A stretch of DNA of 64,000 bases from an uncultured delta proteobacterium. GTDB taxonomy: Bacteria > Myxococcota_A > Polyangia > Polyangiales > Polyangiaceae. Positions 20,233 through 32,838 of the stretch are shown here, piece by piece (position 1 is the first letter of the stretch; the number at the start of each line of letters is the position of its first letter). The stretch is from assembly GCA_963806225.1 (NCBI GenBank), contig CAWDXG010000001.1:672001-736000 (forward strand). The letters are read 5' to 3'. Position numbers and translations under genes: made by a program. The notes below the pieces were generated by a model that made no database searches, was not told the origin of the DNA, and worked only from the letters and a program-made list of their open reading frames with translations.

Positions 20233-22173
20233 CTAGTTCACCGGTCCGAGCGGCGTGTCGGTCGAGACCTCTTCGGCGATGACCTCGGCCTTCTCGGTGA
20301 TGGCCGTCTGGCCGCCGAACAGGTACTGGCTGGCGGGGTAGGACAGGTCGAGACCCCAGTGGTCGACCTTGGATTCGACCCAGCAGGCCGGGCCGCGGTC
20401 GATGACGGCGACGACGGCGGACTTGCCGGTCTTGGGATTCGTGATGCGGATGCGCGCGCCGCAGCCGAAGCGGTCGGCGTCGGCGGAGTACCAGTTGACG
20501 CTGCGCTCGCAGTCGGGGCCGGACATGCCGCCGCAGAGCGCGTTCCACTCGGTGCTGCGGCCCTGCGACGCGGCGCCGGTCATGCACCACGGCACGCAGT
20601 TGTCGCCGGGATCACCGTGCGCGGTGCCGTTGCTGTCGACGTAGCAACCGAAGGTCGTGGTGTAGTAGGAGCCGCTCTGGCTCGGATGCGTGCCGGCGGT
20701 GCCGCCGCAGGTCCAGCTCGACTCGGCCGTGCTGTAGCTCTGCGGCGCGCCGCCGCTGCCGCTGGCTCCGCCGCTGCCACCGGAACCGGTGTCGGGAAGC
20801 AGGCCGATAGAGCCCCAGGTGTCCTTGCCGGAGGCAACGTCCAACGTCTCGGTCGCGGTGACGTAGCCCGGCGCCGAGGCGGTGACGGTGTAGCTGCCGG
20901 GGGCGAGGCTGAACAGCCAGAGTGCGTCGCCGTTGCGCGCCTTGGTGCTGGGGCCGCCCTCGACCGAAACCGTGGCGCCGGGGATGCGCACGTTGCCGCT
21001 GCTCGAAGGCGAGGAGGTCTGCGACAGATCCCAGACGACGCCGATCGCGCGCCCGGGATCGCCGGCGGGCGAAGGCGTGGGCGAAGGCGTGGGCGAAGGC
21101 TGCGGATCCTGTCCACCAGCCATCGAGCGCAGATCGGGGATGCGAGCTTCGAGCTGGTCGCCCGGGCACTCGGTGGAGGCCCCCGCGTGGTCACGGTGAC
21201 CCTTGATGGTGTCCGTGCTCGGCGTGATGCCGAACTTCTGCGCCAGGGCGTGCATGACGTGCCCGGCGGCCTGGAGGGCGGCGTCGCTGGGCTCGTTGGA
21301 GCTCGAGATCCCCTTGCATGCCTTCTTGTCGAAGCAGCCGACCCAGGACAGTCCGATGTTGCCGGTGTTGTGGTGGGCGACGTGCGCGCCGAGCTTGTCG
21401 ACGGGGCGTCCTTCCCAGACGCGGCCGTCCTCGGTGACGAGGAAGTGGTAGCCGATGTCGCACCAGCCGCGGACATCCATGTGGTACGACTGGATGGACC
21501 GGATGCGCGACGCATAGCCGCCGGACGACGAGGGCGGCGTGAAGGTGTGGTGGATGGCCATGTGCGACTTGTGCGGGTCGCTGCTCGAGCACTTGGCCGG
21601 GCGCGCGCCCCAGGCCGAGCGCGGCTGCACCAGGCCGATCAGCTCGGAGGTGAGGCCCTGCTGCGTCGATCCGATACCCGACGTGGAGCCGTGACTGTCA
21701 CCCGCGTCGTGAACCGCGGGGGTGACGCCCGCGTAGATCACGTTCTCGATCAAGCGGGTCTGCTGGACCGGGATGCGGAACTGCGTCGCGCCCACCGACT
21801 CGCCGAGATCCGCGCGGGAGACGAGATGCGGTGCTTCGTGCCAGGTGATCTTCGCAGGGAACCAGTCGGTGTACGTGCCGTCGGCGCGCACGCCGCGGAC
21901 CTGGGCGCCGACGGGAACGTCGCCCACGTCGCCCCAGAGATCGATCAGGAAGCCGCCGCGCGTCGCCGGGCCGCTCGCCTGGACCACCGGGGACACCGCG
22001 TAGCCGCCCACCTTCTTGAACCCGGCAAGCTCGGAGGCTCCGAACACCGTGTCCGCATCACCGTTCGCGGCCGTGCCCTCCCGCGAAGGGGTGGGAGGGT
22101 CGCCGACCGCGGGCGAGCACGCCGCAGCGAACAGGACCAGAACCAGAAGTGCCCAGAATCGAAAGGACCGCAT
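20233..22173 (-). CDS. Lipoprotein: Amidase_2 (PGRP-like N-acetylmuramoyl-L-alanine amidase) + carboxypeptidase-regulatory-like domain + RlpA-like double-psi beta-barrel
   Basis: Lipobox FAAAC; AIHHT, DIGYHFLV, GAHV, GHRD, TECPG; IPGATV..LAPGSYTVTASAPGY; VAVIDRGP...LDLS. Confidence 0.88.
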   Translation of the reverse strand: MRSFRFWALLVLVLFAAACSPAVGDPPTPSREGTAANGDADTVFGASELAGFKKVGGYAVSPVVQASGPATRGGFLIDLWGDVGDVPVGAQVRGVRADGTYTDWFPAKITWHEAPHLVSRADLGESVGATQFRIPVQQTRLIENVIYAGVTPAVHDAGDSHGSTSGIGSTQQGLTSELIGLVQPRSAWGARPAKCSSSDPHKSHMAIHHTFTPPSSSGGYASRIRSIQSYHMDVRGWCDIGYHFLVTEDGRVWEGRPVDKLGAHVAHHNTGNIGLSWVGCFDKKACKGISSSNEPSDAALQAAGHVMHALAQKFGITPSTDTIKGHRDHAGASTECPGDQLEARIPDLRSMAGGQDPQPSPTPSPTPSPAGDPGRAIGVVWDLSQTSSPSSSGNVRIPGATVSVEGGPSTKARNGDALWLFSLAPGSYTVTASAPGYVTATETLDVASGKDTWGSIGLLPDTGSGGSGGASGSGGAPQSYSTAESSWTCGGTAGTHPSQSGSYYTTTFGCYVDSNGTAHGDPGDNCVPWCMTGAASQGRSTEWNALCGGMSGPDCERSVNWYSADADRFGCGARIRITNPKTGKSAVVAVIDRGPACWVESKVDHWGLDLSYPASQYLFGGQTAITEKAEVIAEEVSTDTPLGPVN

Positions 22174-22186
22174 GCCCGGACGCAGA

Positions 22187-22202
22187 AGCAGGCTCCGTTC
22201 CA
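22187..22202 (-). promoter_or_regulatory. Candidate sigma54 (-24/-12) promoter
   Basis: TGGAACGGAGCCTGCT (GG-N10-GC), close to TGGCACG-N4-TTGCW; predicted TSS about 22176, just upstream of ATG 22173. Confidence 0.55.
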
Positions 22203-22270
22203 TCCGCGCGGCGTTCAGAAATGCCGGGAAAATCGCAGTCTGGAAGCGTGCAGAGGGGATGCCGATCGTC

Positions 22271-22316
22271 TGGGACTACCGGACACTTCCGGACGGTCCG
22301 GACGGTGCGTCGGGAC
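22271..22316. promoter_or_regulatory. Tandem (C)CGGAC repeats, candidate enhancer-binding-protein site
   Basis: GGAC at 22273, 22281, 22291, 22300 and 22313; about 95-140 bp upstream of the predicted TSS. Confidence 0.4.
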
Positions 22317-22348
22317 GCGTAACGCGCTGCGACGCGCACGCCGGGGCG

Positions 22349-23671
22349 TCAGCGGTGTCTGCGCCGCAGCAGCATCCAACCCATCATCGCGAAAGCGAAG
22401 ACCTCGCCGCCTCCGCCGCCGCCAGGCCGGCCGGGCGTGGAGCAGTCGCAGCGCGCGACCTGATCCAGGGGTGCCGGAGCCGCCGCCGAGCTGCCGCCGC
22501 TGCCGCTCGACCCGCACGCCGCGGCGCAGGCGGCCGGATCCTGGGTGACGCAGGTGCAGTGATCGGTGCACGTGGCGCAGTTGCCGCAGTCCGCGCCGGT
22601 GCAGCCCGGCGTCCCGACGGCCGCGCCACCGCCGGTGGAGCCGCCCGCACCCTGGGACGAGTTGCACACGCCGGTGCACACCTTCTGGTCCCCGGACACG
22701 CACATGCAACGCGAGTAGCAGTCCTTGCAGGCATAGCAGGTCGGCACGGCGCACGTCGCTGCGCCTCCGCCTCCGCCCACGCCGTTGCCTCCACTACCGC
22801 CACTCCCGGTGTTGCAGATCCCGGCGCACGCCTTGGCGTCTGCGAGCTGGCACACGCACTTCGACACGCAGCCGACGCAACCGCCGCAGTCCGGTGCAAC
22901 GTTACAGCCGCCGGTCGAGCCGCCGCTGCCGCCCGTACCGCTGCCGCCCGCACCGCTGCCGCCCGTACCGCTGGCGCCGGTTCCGCCGAAGCCGCCGCCT
23001 CCGAAGCCGCCACCGCCGAAGCCGCCGCCTCCAAAGCCGCCGGCTCCGGATCCGCCGCTGCCCGTGCCCCCGCCGGTCCCACCGCCGCCCACCGCCACTC
23101 CCGGGCAGCCGATGGTCGACGTGGAGTCGATGACGTCCGCCGTCACGGCCTTGTGCTCGCTCCAGCCTACCGCCGAGGTGCCGAGCAGGTACTGGGTGAC
23201 GAACGGACTCACGTCGAGCACAGGGTGGTGGCCGCCGCACGAGCAGCTGCATGCGGCTTGTTCCACGCAGCGGTTCGGCCCGCAGTCGGCCACCTGCACG
23301 ACGCACTGCTTGCCGCCAGCCTGGACGAGCAGCTTGGTCCCGCAACCAAACCGCGAGCGATCCGCCGCGTACGCCCAGGTGGCGTCGGCCGTGCCCCCGC
23401 ACGACATGGTCTGGGTGTCGGCGCCGCCCCCGAACGTGGTGACGTAGTAGACGCTGTCGGCAGGAATATCGGAATAGGTGAGCTGGGCGCAGGTGCCGCT
23501 GCCGACGCAGGTGCAGCCGCCGACGGTCGGGGAGCTGACCTGCGCCACGGACTCCGTTTCGGGCTGCGACGACGAGCACGATACGGCGAGCGCGGCCACC
23601 AGGACCGGGATGACGGCCTGCAACACGCGTCTCAGTCGCGTTCGCCCGGATGCGCCGCGGGGCCGGTACAC
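22349..23671 (-). CDS. Secreted protein: RlpA-like DPBB domain + Gly linkers + CxxCxxCxxxCxC repeats + MYXO-CTERM-like anchor
   Basis: YYVTTFG...AADRSRFGCG...VQVADCGP...LDVSP; C-terminus CDCSTPG...FAFAMMGWMLLRRRHR. Confidence 0.8.
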   Translation of the reverse strand: MYRPRGASGRTRLRRVLQAVIPVLVAALAVSCSSSQPETESVAQVSSPTVGGCTCVGSGTCAQLTYSDIPADSVYYVTTFGGGADTQTMSCGGTADATWAYAADRSRFGCGTKLLVQAGGKQCVVQVADCGPNRCVEQAACSCSCGGHHPVLDVSPFVTQYLLGTSAVGWSEHKAVTADVIDSTSTIGCPGVAVGGGGTGGGTGSGGSGAGGFGGGGFGGGGFGGGGFGGTGASGTGGSGAGGSGTGGSGGSTGGCNVAPDCGGCVGCVSKCVCQLADAKACAGICNTGSGGSGGNGVGGGGGAATCAVPTCYACKDCYSRCMCVSGDQKVCTGVCNSSQGAGGSTGGGAAVGTPGCTGADCGNCATCTDHCTCVTQDPAACAAACGSSGSGGSSAAAPAPLDQVARCDCSTPGRPGGGGGGEVFAFAMMGWMLLRRRHR

Positions 23672-23795
23672 AAGCGCAGGATATCACGAGGCCGTCGTGC
23701 CCCGGGCGTCTCCAGGGCAAACCGCGGGAAAATGGCCTATGGGAGTGGTAGGCTCCCGGGTGTCGGCGCAGCTGGGTGAGCGGCGCCGTCGCACG

Positions 23796-26700
<2,905 letters not shown>

Positions 26701-26704
<4 letters not shown>

Positions 26705-27555
26705 CGCGGACGGCTCCGTTCTTTGCAGCGCTGGCAGCGATCGCGATCGTGACAGCCGCCGCACCTGCGCGTGCCGATCGCGAAGACAAGGCACAGAAGC
26801 TCTTCGAATCGGCAACGAGCCTGTTCCAGAAGGGGGACTACGACAGCGCGGCACAGCGCTTCATGCGCGCATTCAAGCTCGTGCCGCACGCCAACACCGC
26901 GTTCAATGCGGCGCTCTCGTGGGACGCCGCCAGCGACAACGCGCGCGCCGCCAATGCCTTCAAGCTGGCGCTCGATCGCGGCCTGGCGCGGCTGGCGCGC
27001 GAACGGGCGGAAGGCCGGCTCGATGAGCTCAAGGAGAAGCTCGGTCGCGTGCGCGTCCATGCCCCCGCCGGGTCCAGGGTCCTGGTCAGCGACGAGACGC
27101 GCGAAGCGCCCGCGGAGATCTACGTGGAACCGGGCATCCACGACGTGGTCGTGGTGCTTCCGGACGGAAAACGCCGTGTCCACCGCATCCACGTCCACGC
27201 CGGCGACACAAGCCATGTGTCCGTGGCGGGCGGCACAGCCGCAGACGAGTCGTCGTCGAACACGCTTCGCACCGTCGGCTGGGGGTCCATCGTGACTGCA
27301 GCGGTGCTCGGCGCCGTGTCGATCGGGCTGGAGGCGCGAGCCGCCAAGCTGCGCTCGGATTTCAACATCTCGAACCGCACGGACGCCTCCCAGCGCACCG
27401 CCGTCCTGCACGCCCAGACGTGGGCGACCGTCGGATGGGTCGCCACCGGCGTGGCCGGCGTCACCGGTATCGCGCTGGTGGTCGGATCGCCGAGCGGGCC
27501 GGAGACGCGCGTGTCGATCGTGCCAGGCGGCGTGAGCTTGTCGCGGACGTTCTAG
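26701..27555 (+). CDS. Secreted/outer-membrane TPR + PEGA-like domain protein
   Basis: Signal peptide ..PARA, TPR helices, VEPGIHDV beta domain, C-terminal beta-signal-like GVSLSRTF; GTGA overlap. Confidence 0.8.
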
Positions 27556-27578
27556 GCGTGTGACGGCGGGCCGGGGGC

Positions 27579-29180
27579 TCAAGGAGGCGGGGCCACGCAC
27601 GTGCCCGCTGGCGGCGTAGGTGCCGGCTCTTTCGCGCACTGCGAGCTCGCGCTGTCGCAGTAGCCCGATGCGCAGTTGTCATCGTCCTTGCAGGCTTGTC
27701 CGTTGGCGAGCACCGCCGCGCACGTGCCGGGCGCGTAGGGGTCGAACTTGCAGTACAGGCCGTCCTGGCAGTCGCTCGACCCGAAGCAGCTCTTGCCGGC
27801 CGAAAGCCTCGGCAGGCACGTGCGCGTGTTGTTGATGTCGCAGTAGAGTCCCGACTGGCATGGGCCGTTGCAGTAGTCTCCCTGGGCGCCGGGTGGCTCG
27901 CACTGGAAGCCCGTAGCCACCCCATTCGAATCCAGGCCGGTCGGCACGCAGCTCAGACCGCTCTGGCAGCGCATGCCTGAAGCGCTGGGGTCCGTGTCGC
28001 TGCAGTCGTCACCCGTCGCGCCCGGGGCACGGCAGATCTTCTGGGTGCCGGTGTCGGCGCACCAGCCGACCGCGCAGAAGTCGAGCGCACCGCACAGATC
28101 GCCGGGCTGGGGGGCCGCCGCGCACTTCTGCGTGGGATCGCAGTACAGCGGTTTCGCTGCGTTCGGGTCGCACGGAATCGTGGTGCAGTCGTCGTGGAGC
28201 TGGGAGTAGTTGGCGCAGGTCGGAGTGGGCGAGCCGCCACAATAGGTGCCGTTCGGGCAATTGTAGGTGCCGACGCAGGCATCGCCCGCGCCGACCACGC
28301 TCTTGCACTTGCCGCCGTTGCACACGTCGCCGTATCGACACTGCTCGGTCGCCTGGCAAGCGCCGTCGAGCGGCACATTGGCCACGAGGCACTGCTGGGA
28401 AGTGCAGACGTAGCCCGGTGCGCAACCGCCAGGCTCGCAACTGCCATTGGCGGGCGCCAAGGCGTGGCACTTGTCGTCGCTGCCGCAGTAGGCTGAAGTC
28501 GGATCGCACGGGACCTTGCTGCAGTCCTGGGTCAGGCTCGCGTAGGCCGCGCACGTGCACGTGTTGTCCGAGCAATAGCCGTGCGCGCACTCGTTCACGT
28601 CGAACGCGAGCTTGCCGAAGCCGGCCTTGTAGTTTGCGTAGTCGTAACAGTTTCCGGAGATGGCTTGCTTTCCGGGGAACGCAGCGGCGCAGGTGGGTCG
28701 GTCGTAGAAGAACCCGCACACGTTGGGGTCGAAGGAGTCGAGGCACTTCTGCGCCTGGGCTGGCAGGTAGCCCAGCCGTCCAGCTGTAACCTCGCTCAAC
28801 AGGTCAGCGCAGCGCAGTTGTTGATATTGCCGATCGTCGGTGGTGCAGGTCCCGCCGCGGCACGCGGCGAACCAGGTGCACCAGTGATCGACGAATGCGC
28901 TGCAGAAATCGCCCAGCGCCGGACCGCTGCCTGCGTCGGTTCCGGCTTCGGTGGCGGCGTCCGTTCCCGCGTCGGCGCCCGCACTGCCCGCCTGGCCGCC
29001 GTCCATGCCCGCGGTCCCGCCCTGGGCGCTGTCAGTGCCCGCGTCGCCGGGAGCGCCCGCTGCGCCGCCGCTGGCGTGGCTGCCGCTGCTGCCGCTGCTG
29101 CCGCAGCCGATGGAGGCCAACACCACGGTCGCTGTTGCCGCGACAATCGAAGCACACTTCCCTGCCAAGCCAATGCGCAC
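27579..29180 (-). CDS. Cys-rich repeat lipoprotein (paralogous architecture to 421-1455)
   Basis: Lipobox ASIGC, Gly/DAG linker, about 10 GxxC...C modules. Confidence 0.8.
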   Translation of the reverse strand: MRIGLAGKCASIVAATATVVLASIGCGSSGSSGSHASGGAAGAPGDAGTDSAQGGTAGMDGGQAGSAGADAGTDAATEAGTDAGSGPALGDFCSAFVDHWCTWFAACRGGTCTTDDRQYQQLRCADLLSEVTAGRLGYLPAQAQKCLDSFDPNVCGFFYDRPTCAAAFPGKQAISGNCYDYANYKAGFGKLAFDVNECAHGYCSDNTCTCAAYASLTQDCSKVPCDPTSAYCGSDDKCHALAPANGSCEPGGCAPGYVCTSQQCLVANVPLDGACQATEQCRYGDVCNGGKCKSVVGAGDACVGTYNCPNGTYCGGSPTPTCANYSQLHDDCTTIPCDPNAAKPLYCDPTQKCAAAPQPGDLCGALDFCAVGWCADTGTQKICRAPGATGDDCSDTDPSASGMRCQSGLSCVPTGLDSNGVATGFQCEPPGAQGDYCNGPCQSGLYCDINNTRTCLPRLSAGKSCFGSSDCQDGLYCKFDPYAPGTCAAVLANGQACKDDDNCASGYCDSASSQCAKEPAPTPPAGTCVAPPP

Positions 29181-29496
29181 CGCTACCTCCGCGACGCGGA
29201 CTCTCGCACGGGAAGTTGATGGGCATCAAGGGCCCTGAAAGCGTAGCGCGCGGCGGATCGAGCGCGAGTCGAGCGCGGCTCGACGGCAGCGAGCACGTCC
29301 CGCAGGCCGCGTGGCGGCATCCACCGGAGACTCGACTACGCGCCCCCGAGCGAAGCGGCGGGTGCGGTCTTCGCGGCGGTGCCCCGCGCGCGGAGCCGAG
29401 GTTGGACCGCGAGCGCGCGAAGGCCCGCCCGACGCGAAGCGCGCGTGGGCAGCCAATCCGCTGACGCCCGCGCGAAGGACCGCTAGACTCGCGGAC

Positions 29497-30135
29497 GTGA
29501 TCCCGTTGTCCTCCAAGCGCAAGCGCGTCGCCGCCCTCCTGGCCGGTCTCGTGATGGCAGCCTGCGGCGGGAACGTTCGGAATTCGAATTCCGGTACTGG
29601 GGGCAGCGGCGGAGCAGATGGCGGCTCGACTGGCGGTAGTGGCGGAAGCCCGGCGGGCGACGCCGGCGGATGCGGCGCCGGGACCAAGCCCTGCGGCGGA
29701 GCGTGCGTGAGCGAGGACGATCCTTCTTACGGCTGTTCGACCTCGTCGTGCGCGCCCTGCGCCCTGCCCAATGCCACCGCCACGTGCAAGAAGCCCCCGG
29801 GGGGCGTGGGCAAGTTGTTCTGCGCCCTGCAGACCTGCACCCCCGGCTTCGCCGACTGCAACAAAGACCCCGCCGACGGCTGCGAGGTCGACGTGGCCAG
29901 CGACCCGGACAACTGCGGTGCCTGCGGGAGTTCGTGCGATCCCACGGGCACGTCGTGCTTCTACTGCATGCAGGGGTTCTGCAGTGTGCCCGGCTGCCCG
30001 GTCAACACAGCCGACTGCAACTGCGACCCAGCCGACGCCTGCGAAGTCGACCTGCAGATCGATCCGACCAACTGCGGCTTCTGCGGCCACGCCTGCGCGC
30101 CAGGGCAGAGCTGCGTCAACGGGCTCTGCAACTGA
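29497..30135 (+). CDS. Cys-rich lipoprotein (DPxNCGxCG / Stig1-like repeats)
   Basis: Lipobox VMAAC; DCN.DPADGCEVD..SDPDNCGACG twice. Confidence 0.8.
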   Translation: MIPLSSKRKRVAALLAGLVMAACGGNVRNSNSGTGGSGGADGGSTGGSGGSPAGDAGGCGAGTKPCGGACVSEDDPSYGCSTSSCAPCALPNATATCKKPPGGVGKLFCALQTCTPGFADCNKDPADGCEVDVASDPDNCGACGSSCDPTGTSCFYCMQGFCSVPGCPVNTADCNCDPADACEVDLQIDPTNCGFCGHACAPGQSCVNGLCN

Positions 30136-30138
30136 GCC

Positions 30139-30804
30139 CTACTTCGGCTTCGGCCAGGGCGCGTCCGCCGCGCTGCCGAGCGAATAGCCCGCTTTCCGGA
30201 GCTTCGGCCGGCAGATGTCCTCGCACAGATCGTATTCGCGATCGATCGTGAGCACCGTCCCCTTCGCGTCTTCCATCAGGCAGCCGCGGGTTGGGCAGTG
30301 CGGCAGGCCCAGCGTGTGGCCCATCTCGTGCACCGCGGTCTTGCCGAGGCGGATGCGGGCGTGTGCGGCGCTCTTCGCGCGGCGCTTGCAGCGGAATGAC
30401 GACAGTACGCCGACGCGGCCGTCCAGCGTCGCGAGGCCCACGATGCCCCAGTCCTTGTATTTCCCCTTGGTGGTCGAGATGTCGACGCCGGTCAGGCCGA
30501 GCACGCGGAAGGCGTCGTCGGGCCCCCGCGTGCGCAAGAACTCGAGCAGCTTCTCGGCGCGGTAGCGATGCCGCGGCGGGTAGTACGCCGAATGCGGCAG
30601 CGGTACGCGGTCGAGTAGCTTCACATCCATCTGGTAGAAGACGGAAAGCGCCTGCCCCACTAGCGCCACGTCCGCGTCGGGCAGCGCGCGACCCAGCGGC
30701 TGGATGTGGACGCGGCGCTTCTCTCCCGCCAAAGCGGTCGGTGCGATCCCGCTCGCGGCGACGAGCGCCATGGCCTGCAGAAGCTGTCGTCGCGAAGGGC
30801 TCAT
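30139..30804 (-). CDS. Archaemetzincin (peptidase M54) with Tat-like signal peptide
   Basis: HEMGHTLGLPHCPTRGCLM...CEDIC; N-terminus SRRQLL...TALA. Confidence 0.88.
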   Translation of the reverse strand: MSPSRRQLLQAMALVAASGIAPTALAGEKRRVHIQPLGRALPDADVALVGQALSVFYQMDVKLLDRVPLPHSAYYPPRHRYRAEKLLEFLRTRGPDDAFRVLGLTGVDISTTKGKYKDWGIVGLATLDGRVGVLSSFRCKRRAKSAAHARIRLGKTAVHEMGHTLGLPHCPTRGCLMEDAKGTVLTIDREYDLCEDICRPKLRKAGYSLGSAADAPWPKPK

Positions 30805-30813
30805 GCGCGCACC

Positions 30814-31770
30814 TCACTTCAAGCGTGACATCGTTTCCGCGTCGAGGCGCACCGGTTCGCGCGGCAGCTCTGCGAGGTCGAAAATCGGTACGATGTCCGC
30901 AGCCCTCGCGCGATCGGGCACCTCGAGCCCGGCGCTCCGCGCTGCCCACACGACGACGGCGCGCGCGTCGACGCCCGTCTCGCGCAGCTCCGAGAGGCTC
31001 AGGTCGTCGGCGCGCTTGGCCAGGCGCCGGCCGTCGGCGTCGACCACCAGCGGCACGTGGAACCAGTCGGGATGCGGCAGCCCCAGCGCACGCTGCAAGT
31101 GCCACTGCCGGGCCGTGCTCGGCAGGAGGTCGTCGCCGCGCAGCACTTCGGTCACGCCCTGCCGCGCGTCATCGACGACGACCGCGAGCTGGTAGGCCGG
31201 CGTGCCGTCGCGCCGCCCGATCAGGAAATCACCGACCTCCGTCTCGACGTCGATCGACAGCGCCGCCGCGATGCCATCGCGGATCTCGACTGGACCCGGC
31301 GGCACCCGGAAGCGCACGCCTGCCGCGCGCCCGGTGCGCCGCTCGGCGACTTCCAGCGAATCGAAGCGGCCGCGACACGTGCCCGGGTAGCGGAGCTCGC
31401 CCTCGCCGGCGTGTGGCGCGCTCGCTGCGCGCAGCTCGCCGCGCGTGCAAACGCAGGGGTAGGCGAGCCCCCGCTCGAGCAGATCGGAAGCCGCCGCGCG
31501 GATCGGCTCGAGCCCGGCCGACTGCAGCTCCACCGCTCCGTCCCAGTCGAGCCCCAGCCATTCCAGGTCGCGCAGCGCCGCCTCGATCATGCCCGGCCGC
31601 ACGCGCGGTGCATCGAGATCCTCCATCCGCATCCGCATCGTCCCGCCGCGCGCGCGGACGTGCCACCACGCGAGCAGGAAGCTCCGCGCGTGCCCCAGAT
31701 GCAGAAGGCCCGTCGGGCTCGGCGCCAGCCGCCCTACCGGCGGGCCGTCGCCGGCTGCGTCATCCGCCAT
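30814..31770 (-). CDS. gluQ: Glutamyl-Q tRNA(Asp) synthetase
   Basis: RLAPSPTGLLHLG, YPCVCTR, YPGTCR, AYQLAVVVDD, LAKR; no anticodon-binding domain. Confidence 0.92.
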   Translation of the reverse strand: MADDAAGDGPPVGRLAPSPTGLLHLGHARSFLLAWWHVRARGGTMRMRMEDLDAPRVRPGMIEAALRDLEWLGLDWDGAVELQSAGLEPIRAAASDLLERGLAYPCVCTRGELRAASAPHAGEGELRYPGTCRGRFDSLEVAERRTGRAAGVRFRVPPGPVEIRDGIAAALSIDVETEVGDFLIGRRDGTPAYQLAVVVDDARQGVTEVLRGDDLLPSTARQWHLQRALGLPHPDWFHVPLVVDADGRRLAKRADDLSLSELRETGVDARAVVVWAARSAGLEVPDRARAADIVPIFDLAELPREPVRLDAETMSRLK

Positions 31771-32353
31771 CCCTGCAACCGCACTGCGCGACGCGCCGCC
31801 CGTTCTCGTTCACGAGCTTCTTGGCGTGATCGCAGCGCGCGTCGTCGTCACCCGCGAGCCGGCACACCGCGTCGGCCGCGCGCTTGAGCGATGCGAACGC
31901 CTTGCACGCTGTGTCACAGCGCGATTCCTCGTCGGCAGCGGCTGTCGAGGTGCGCGACGTCGGCTTCGTGCCCGAGCTCGCGGCGCCCCCCGCCATCTGC
32001 GCGGCCTTCGCCGGCGCGTAGAGCACGACCAGCCGCTGGTTCGCCCGCAGGAGCGCGGCCTCGGCGTCCGACACGCTGCTGAACTCCGGCGCCTTGGTCT
32101 TCTTGTCTCCGTCGGACAGGCTGTTCGGGCCCTCTTCAGCGCGATACTCCCGGTTGGCCGAGCCGGGTGCCGCCTGGCCGGCCCCGGGCGCGGCGGGGGT
32201 AGGCGCGACGGTCTGGGCCTCCGGCTGTTCGCTCTGTGCCGGAGGCTGTGCAGGGGTCGCGGCCGGTGCCGGACGCGGGGCCTGTGCGGCACAGCCGCCG
32301 AAGAGCAGCGTCAGGGCGATCAGTGGGAGCGGGGTCCGGATTCGGGGGGGCAT
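31760..32353 (-). CDS. Hypothetical lipoprotein
   Basis: Lipobox FGGC; C-terminal CxxACxAxxS..A...C..C helical motif. Confidence 0.7.
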   Translation of the reverse strand: MPPRIRTPLPLIALTLLFGGCAAQAPRPAPAATPAQPPAQSEQPEAQTVAPTPAAPGAGQAAPGSANREYRAEEGPNSLSDGDKKTKAPEFSSVSDAEAALLRANQRLVVLYAPAKAAQMAGGAASSGTKPTSRTSTAAADEESRCDTACKAFASLKRAADAVCRLAGDDDARCDHAKKLVNENGRRVAQCGCRDGG

Positions 32354-32439
32354 GGTGGGGTCCGGGGGTCGAAACGGCGCTCAGCCTAGCCGATCATGTT
32401 GTACGTATGGGCCGCCGGGACGACCTTCCGGGAACGGAA

Positions 32440-32838
32440 ATGCTCGATCGAGTCGACAACGCCTATCTCTACGTGGACGAGCTTCCCGGCCTTCCCGTCG
32501 TCCGGGTCCGCCGCAGCGAGCAGGCCTTTCCGTCGGTGGCCGAGGCGGTGGCCTCGTTCAGCGCGGTCAACCGCGAGCTGGAGCGCCTGGACCGCCCTGC
32601 CTATGGCCTCCTGATCGATACCCGGGCGGCCAGCGGTCGCAATGACGCCGAGTTCGAGCAGGCCTTTGCGCCGCTCCGCGCAGCCATGCAGCGCGGCTTC
32701 GCGCGCGTGGCCGTGCTCGTGCGCTCCGTCACCGGGACACTGCAGGTGCAGCGCCACGCGCGCGAGGACGGGCTCGAGGTCCGCTCGTTCACGGACCAGG
32801 GCGCGGCGCTCGCCTGGCTGGTGGCCGGACTGGGCTAG
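32440..32838 (+). CDS. Hypothetical protein (STAS/SpoIIAA-like fold possible)
   Basis: LLIDTR...RVAVLV...[10 protein letters not shown] pattern. Confidence 0.6.
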   Translation: MLDRVDNAYLYVDELPGLPVVRVRRSEQAFPSVAEAVASFSAVNRELERLDRPAYGLLIDTRAASGRNDAEFEQAFAPLRAAMQRGFARVAVLVRSVTGTLQVQRHAREDGLEVRSFTDQGAALAWLVAGLG

